64,000 nt of DNA from Obrimoposthia wandeli. Lineage: Eukaryota. Positions 59,543 through 64,000 of this stretch are shown one piece after another. Positions within the stretch are counted from its first letter, which is position 1; each line of letters starts with the position of its first letter. Where the stretch lies: contig CDROCS010004396.1 of the NCBI GenBank assembly GCA_977020255.1, forward strand, positions 1 to 64,000, given 5' to 3'. Below the pieces are notes generated by a model. That model worked only from the letters and a program-made list of their open reading frames with translations, made no database searches and was not told the DNA's origin. The position numbers and the translations under genes are program-made.

Positions 59543-60325
59543 ATGCAATATGAAACAGATCTCTATCGTCAAATGAGTGCACTGGATGCCAAATATTTTA
59601 ATACCTGTTTTTACTGCGGTTGTATTGCCACCGAATATGACCTGACCCCACCGCTAAAATATGCCGAGTTTTATCTAAAAACTCGTGAAGAAGCTGACTT
59701 TTACAAGGTGCCTGCTTGTCGTGAATGCTTTTACTTTTTAAAAAATGACAACAGTGCTTTATTAGGACAGCGGGTAGATATAGCAAAGCGCTGTTTAGCG
59801 CGTAAATATAAAAGAGCCATTCGCATCTATGATGTATGGAATCCCGATGAGATTGATGAGCTAGATTACCAATTAAAACATAGTGTTAATGCCGGCATGG
59901 TGTTGGGCAAAGAATCCTCTGAGCGAATAAAATTTAAGGGATTTAACTATGAAGCGGATGGCATCAAACACAGGGCTCATTTTGTTGAAAACGAAGTATT
60001 CCTGATCTTCGGTGAGGAATTCGAACACTTTCGTGATGCACTCGAATATGCCAGCAACGCCTATCGAATTTCAAAAGCGCAACTGATAGAGCTATACACT
60101 GAGCATAACAACTGTTTTGATACCGCGATTAACACACACCATGAAAAACTGGCCCGTAAAATCCTCGACAAAAAACTATCAGCAAAGTGCAGAGCTTTTG
60201 CTTTAGAACATAAGCAAAGCATTAAATTTGTTATGCGCACTATCGAAATCTATTGCGCCCAAGATGAAAGCCTCACTGTTGAAATGGCACTGGATAAGCT
60301 GTATCAAGAAATAATTAAAAAGTAG
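59543..60325 (+). CDS. Hypothetical protein with degenerate HNH-like zinc-binding N-terminus
   Basis: CFYCG...YDLTPP...ACRECF; long open frame with plausible composition. Confidence 0.75.
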   Translation: MQYETDLYRQMSALDAKYFNTCFYCGCIATEYDLTPPLKYAEFYLKTREEADFYKVPACRECFYFLKNDNSALLGQRVDIAKRCLARKYKRAIRIYDVWNPDEIDELDYQLKHSVNAGMVLGKESSERIKFKGFNYEADGIKHRAHFVENEVFLIFGEEFEHFRDALEYASNAYRISKAQLIELYTEHNNCFDTAINTHHEKLARKILDKKLSAKCRAFALEHKQSIKFVMRTIEIYCAQDESLTVEMALDKLYQEIIKK

Positions 60326-60520
60326 CCCACCTTTTACGACATGCTAGAAGCGTAGTTTGTGTCGCTGAAAGTTGTACATTTGAGTGACTTGGGACATCGC
60401 CTGTCTGACTAGATTGTTTTATAGTTTTTACGGTGAAATAATTTATAAAACTCTCTGCCTATTTTTTCTATAAACCACACGAAGAAAAGTATATTGTCCA
60501 TTGTATTTAAATACTTTTGT

Positions 60521-60551
60521 AAAAAAAGCGCCGCTCAAGTTTGGCGCTTTT
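60521..60551 (-). terminator. Rho-independent terminator (possibly bidirectional)
   Basis: AAAAGCGCC/GGCGCTTTT stem with a 7-T run on the minus strand. Confidence 0.75.
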
Positions 60552-60630
60552 ATTCCTTACCTTTTTGCTCCTTTCCTTTTGTTCTTTACCCTTTTATAGC
60601 TACCCCTTTACTCCTTAAAAAAACTAGCAT

Positions 60631-63048
60631 TTACACTCGTATTTTAGCATTGCTAGGATCGTAAGCAGCTTCCAATTCAACATGTGCTGTGCGCTCCCCC
60701 AGCGAGGTTTCAACAACGACTTGCTGCCCTTGAATATTGTGCTCAGGCTTTATGTAGGCGAAGGCGATGCTTTTACCTACTCTGTGGCCATAAGCTCCCC
60801 CGGTGATTAAACCACTGAGTTCTCCCGCTACCCAAACCGCTTCATTGCCAAAACATTCAGCGGGAATATCATCGTCAAACACTAGATAAGCGTTTATCAT
60901 GTTCAGTGGCTGCTCTTGGCGTTGACGGATATTTTCAGCCCCTAAGAAATCGCGACTCGTATCTAAAAACCTGTCCATGCCCGCTTCAAGTGCTGATATT
61001 TCCTCAGTGAATTCAAGGCCGTAAGCACGATACATTTTTTCCATGCGCATTGAGTTCAACGCCATCCCACCAAAGTCTTGCAACCCAAGCGGCGTGCCGT
61101 TTTCAAACAGTGATTCGTAAATAGAGATGAGCTGCCACACCGGCATGTGCAATTCCCAACCTAGCTCACCTGCGTAAGAGACACGCATCGCAAACACTTC
61201 AGCAGAGTCTATCTGCATGCTCTTACACGTCAACCAAGGGAAAGCCTTGTTAGATAAATCTTGCTCCGTGTGCGCCATCAAAATTTCGCGCGCTTTAGGG
61301 CCTGTCAATAACAACCCTCCCCACTGCTCGGTGATATCTTCAATCGTCACATCAAAGCCCGATTGGTGCCATTGTAGCCACTGGTAATCTTTAACTTGTG
61401 AGCCCAAGGCTCCCATTAATATAAAATGGTGCTGGTTAACCCGGCTGACGGTTTGCTCAGCCATGATACCGCCCTTTTCAGTGTGAAATAGGGTTAAGCT
61501 GATGCGTCCATCTTTGTTGGGTAATTTATTGCACGAGAGCTTATCGAGGAAAGCGTATGCATCGGGGCCTTTAATCACAAATTTTGCTGTACCACTGAGA
61601 TCGGCGATACCACAAGTATCTTGCACTGCTTGGCATTCTTGCGCGACCGCTTTATGTGCTTCGCTGTGTGCCCAAGTTAGAGTTTCACTTAGAATGCTGG
61701 TAGTTTTGTACCAAGCAGGTTTTTCATAACCGCTATTCACAGTGTGCACTGCACCTTTTTGCGCAAGTAATGTATGTAAAGGGCTAACACGAATTGGCCG
61801 GCCGTGAGGTCTATTATCATTGGGAGCCGCGAAAGAATACATGCGTTCATAAGATTCAATCGCTCGGGTAATGCAGTAATTTTTATCTGCCCAAGTATCA
61901 AAGCGACGGCTATCTAAAGAAGCCATATTCAGCTCTGTTTGACCATGTACTATCCACTGCGCTAAGTATTTACCAACTCCCCCTTGGGCTATGCCTATAG
62001 AAGCGCCGCATAGATTCCAAAAGTTACGCATGCCTTTTGCGGGCCCTACGAGTAAATTATCATCTGGGGTATGAGTGATAGCACCGTTGATAATCGTGCG
62101 GATACCAACTTCGCTAAAGCCCGGCACTAACTCCATGCAGCGCTCAAGAAATGGCATGATACGCACTAGATCTCCGGCAAATAAACCGCGATCAAAATCC
62201 CAATCCATACCCTCAAGTGCCCAAGGTTTAGCCCCTGAGGTTTCATAGGGGCCAATTAAAAAGCCATCGCCTTCTTGGCGTATATAACTGGCCGCCCAAG
62301 AATCGCGAGTAACTGGCATTTCTTTAGCTAGTTTTGCAATTTCTGGATGATTATCAGTCACTAAATATTGGTGCTCGAGATTAACCAGTGGAATATGCAC
62401 ACCTAACATGCGCCCTACTTCAGGTGCGAAACAACCCGCCGCATTCACTAGGTGCTCACAAGTCACGGTGCCTTGCTCAGTTATCACTTGGTACTCGCCA
62501 CTGGGTAAGAGATTAATATCGATAACGCGATTAAAGCGCGAAACTTTAGCGCCCTTTTCTCGCGCTAACTGGCCAAGTGGCATGACGATAGAAGTAGGAT
62601 CTACATGCCCATCATCTGGGGTGTATAAAATGCAGCGCGCGCGATCAAAGTTCATTAGCGGATTGATCGCTTTGGCCTCCTCGCGGCTGACAAAACGCAT
62701 CTCGCAGCCAATATTGCGCGAGCGACTAATAACGTTGCGAAACCATTGTTCTTCCACTTCGGTATAACCGACTCGCAAGCTACCGGTGCGATGAAAGGTA
62801 GAATCTAAGCCGGTTTCTCTAGGGATAATCTCATCGTAGAGTTCGATAGTGTATTGATGGATTTTCGACAGTGTATGATTGCCATTGAAGTTGGGGCAAA
62901 GCCCCGCTGCATGCCAAGTAGATCCCGAGGTCAGCTCGCCTTTTTCAATCAAAAGCACGTCATTCCAGCCCTCTTTCGTGAGGTGGTACATAAGGTTCAC
63001 TCCCAGTGACCCACCGCCGATGATGACGACTCTTGCTGTCTCTTGCAT
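60631..63048 (-). CDS. GcvT-family FAD-dependent dehydrogenase (dimethylglycine/sarcosine dehydrogenase-like)
   Basis: VIIGGGSLG, ELTSGSTWHAAG, TPDDGHVDP, THTPDDN, SYAGELGWELH, MRMEKMYR, AYDPSN. Confidence 0.9.
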   Translation of the reverse strand: MQETARVVIIGGGSLGVNLMYHLTKEGWNDVLLIEKGELTSGSTWHAAGLCPNFNGNHTLSKIHQYTIELYDEIIPRETGLDSTFHRTGSLRVGYTEVEEQWFRNVISRSRNIGCEMRFVSREEAKAINPLMNFDRARCILYTPDDGHVDPTSIVMPLGQLAREKGAKVSRFNRVIDINLLPSGEYQVITEQGTVTCEHLVNAAGCFAPEVGRMLGVHIPLVNLEHQYLVTDNHPEIAKLAKEMPVTRDSWAASYIRQEGDGFLIGPYETSGAKPWALEGMDWDFDRGLFAGDLVRIMPFLERCMELVPGFSEVGIRTIINGAITHTPDDNLLVGPAKGMRNFWNLCGASIGIAQGGVGKYLAQWIVHGQTELNMASLDSRRFDTWADKNYCITRAIESYERMYSFAAPNDNRPHGRPIRVSPLHTLLAQKGAVHTVNSGYEKPAWYKTTSILSETLTWAHSEAHKAVAQECQAVQDTCGIADLSGTAKFVIKGPDAYAFLDKLSCNKLPNKDGRISLTLFHTEKGGIMAEQTVSRVNQHHFILMGALGSQVKDYQWLQWHQSGFDVTIEDITEQWGGLLLTGPKAREILMAHTEQDLSNKAFPWLTCKSMQIDSAEVFAMRVSYAGELGWELHMPVWQLISIYESLFENGTPLGLQDFGGMALNSMRMEKMYRAYGLEFTEEISALEAGMDRFLDTSRDFLGAENIRQRQEQPLNMINAYLVFDDDIPAECFGNEAVWVAGELSGLITGGAYGHRVGKSIAFAYIKPEHNIQGQQVVVETSLGERTAHVELEAAYDPSNAKIRV

Positions 63049-63142
63049 TTGAATTTCCTTTTATTTTAATGTTTTGTAAGGCGAGCGACTCAGCTATTGA
63101 TTATTGCAGCTCGCTATTTTCTCATCTTGTCATCTTTTTGAG

Positions 63143-64000
63143 CTAGCGCCCCATTTTTTCGGCGCTCAAGTGTATTTTGTAGCGCTTGCGAATACGTTGA
63201 TCGACTTCATCGCTTATATGTTTAGGAAAGTGGCTACTCAGTATTTCGTTCTTTCTTGCAATAGCTTTATCTAATAGCACAGGCTTGCCTTTTTCTTTCC
63301 ACACATTAGGGCTGTCACGGTCACTCATCAGTGGATACAAATATTCGCTTTGCATTACCGAGAGTGTTTGGCTAGAACCTAAATAATGGCCCGCATTATT
63401 CAGACAAACATCTTTCAGCGTTGCGTAGCTTAACGATGTCTCATTGACAGTTATCCCTTTGGTCATGCGCATACAAGCACCCAAGACATCGTTATCCATT
63501 AAATAACTTTCAGGGCATACACCTAGTAAACTGGCGTACATGCCACCCGCTTCATAGACAATGTTAGCCCCTGCCATGGCTGCAGCAGAAGCTGTGTAAC
63601 CCCGTTCAGCCCCTGCCTGATAATCGGGAAACTTAGCATCGCTCATTCCCCCCGCTGTACCCGTTGGCAAATCAAAATAACCGCCCATCTGTGCACAGGC
63701 AGCTGAGAGTAACCCCTGCTCAGGAGAGCCACCACTCATCGATCCGGTGCGCAAATCGCATACAAAGGGCCAAGTGCCGCATATTGCTGGAGCTCCAGGT
63801 TTAATCGCGTTGACATACACTAAACCTCCCAGGCATTCTGCCCAAGCTTGTGCCACTGCTCCTGCCAGACTAGCGGGCGCCGTAGCACCTGCTTGTCCTG
63901 CTGAGAGCAGAAGTATTGGCATCCCTCGCTCTACACCAACACGCAAACACTCTAAGGATTCTTCTGCAAATTTCATCGGCGGCACTACAAAACAGTTAGA
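63143..64000 (-). CDS. Trimethylamine methyltransferase (MttB) family protein, non-pyrrolysine; 5' end outside the window
   Basis: GATAPASLAGAVAQ, DLRTGSMSGGSPE, SDAKFPDYQAG.E, AGANIV; frame open to the window edge. Confidence 0.88.
   Translation of the reverse strand, partial: SNCFVVPPMKFAEESLECLRVGVERGMPILLLSAGQAGATAPASLAGAVAQAWAECLGGLVYVNAIKPGAPAICGTWPFVCDLRTGSMSGGSPEQGLLSAACAQMGGYFDLPTGTAGGMSDAKFPDYQAGAERGYTASAAAMAGANIVYEAGGMYASLLGVCPESYLMDNDVLGACMRMTKGITVNETSLSYATLKDVCLNNAGHYLGSSQTLSVMQSEYLYPLMSDRDSPNVWKEKGKPVLLDKAIARKNEILSSHFPKHISDEVDQRIRKRYKIHLSAEKMGR

Noticed and set aside
1-64000. CRISPR array, rRNA or tRNA genes
   Set aside because: No regularly spaced direct repeats, cas genes, rRNA signature or cloverleaf were recognised by eye.
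63143-64000. Pyrrolysine read-through in the MttB homologue
   Set aside because: The equivalent codon is ATG, and there is no in-frame TAG in the visible part.

Overview
AT-rich chromosomal window from a probable marine gammaproteobacterium (inferred from gene content, not from a search). From start to end it holds a TRAP transporter, a MOSC/reductase/2Fe-2S fusion, ybaK, frameshifted rluE and acnB, a TSP3-repeat OmpA lipoprotein, and a sigma54 activator facing a sigma54-promoted acyl-CoA synthetase with a 169-bp MITE between them. Next come mtgA, GFA and AIM24 genes, a catalytically degenerate 5'-nucleotidase overlapping a membrane diguanylate cyclase, an orphan tyrosine recombinase beside an eroded attC-like/pseudogene tract, a LysR/oxidoreductase pair and a cobalamin-riboswitch ABC importer. 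A large fatty-acid/carboxylate locus follows (FadL, thiolase, FadN-type enzyme, acyl-CoA dehydrogenase, SDR, LIV-type ABC importer with embedded CoA ligase, CrbS/CrbR-like pair). The window ends with a stand-alone AceE-type E1 with a GntR regulator, ppiC, an IS30 remnant, a degenerate HNH-like protein, a GcvT-family dehydrogenase and a truncated non-pyrrolysine MttB-family methyltransferase. No rRNA, tRNA or CRISPR array was seen. The best candidate for an undescribed system is the pseudo-5'-nucleotidase plus diguanylate cyclase pair at 17777-21239, which may sense extracellular nucleotides or nucleosides and signal through c-di-GMP. All family assignments come from motif recognition by eye; no database searches were run.
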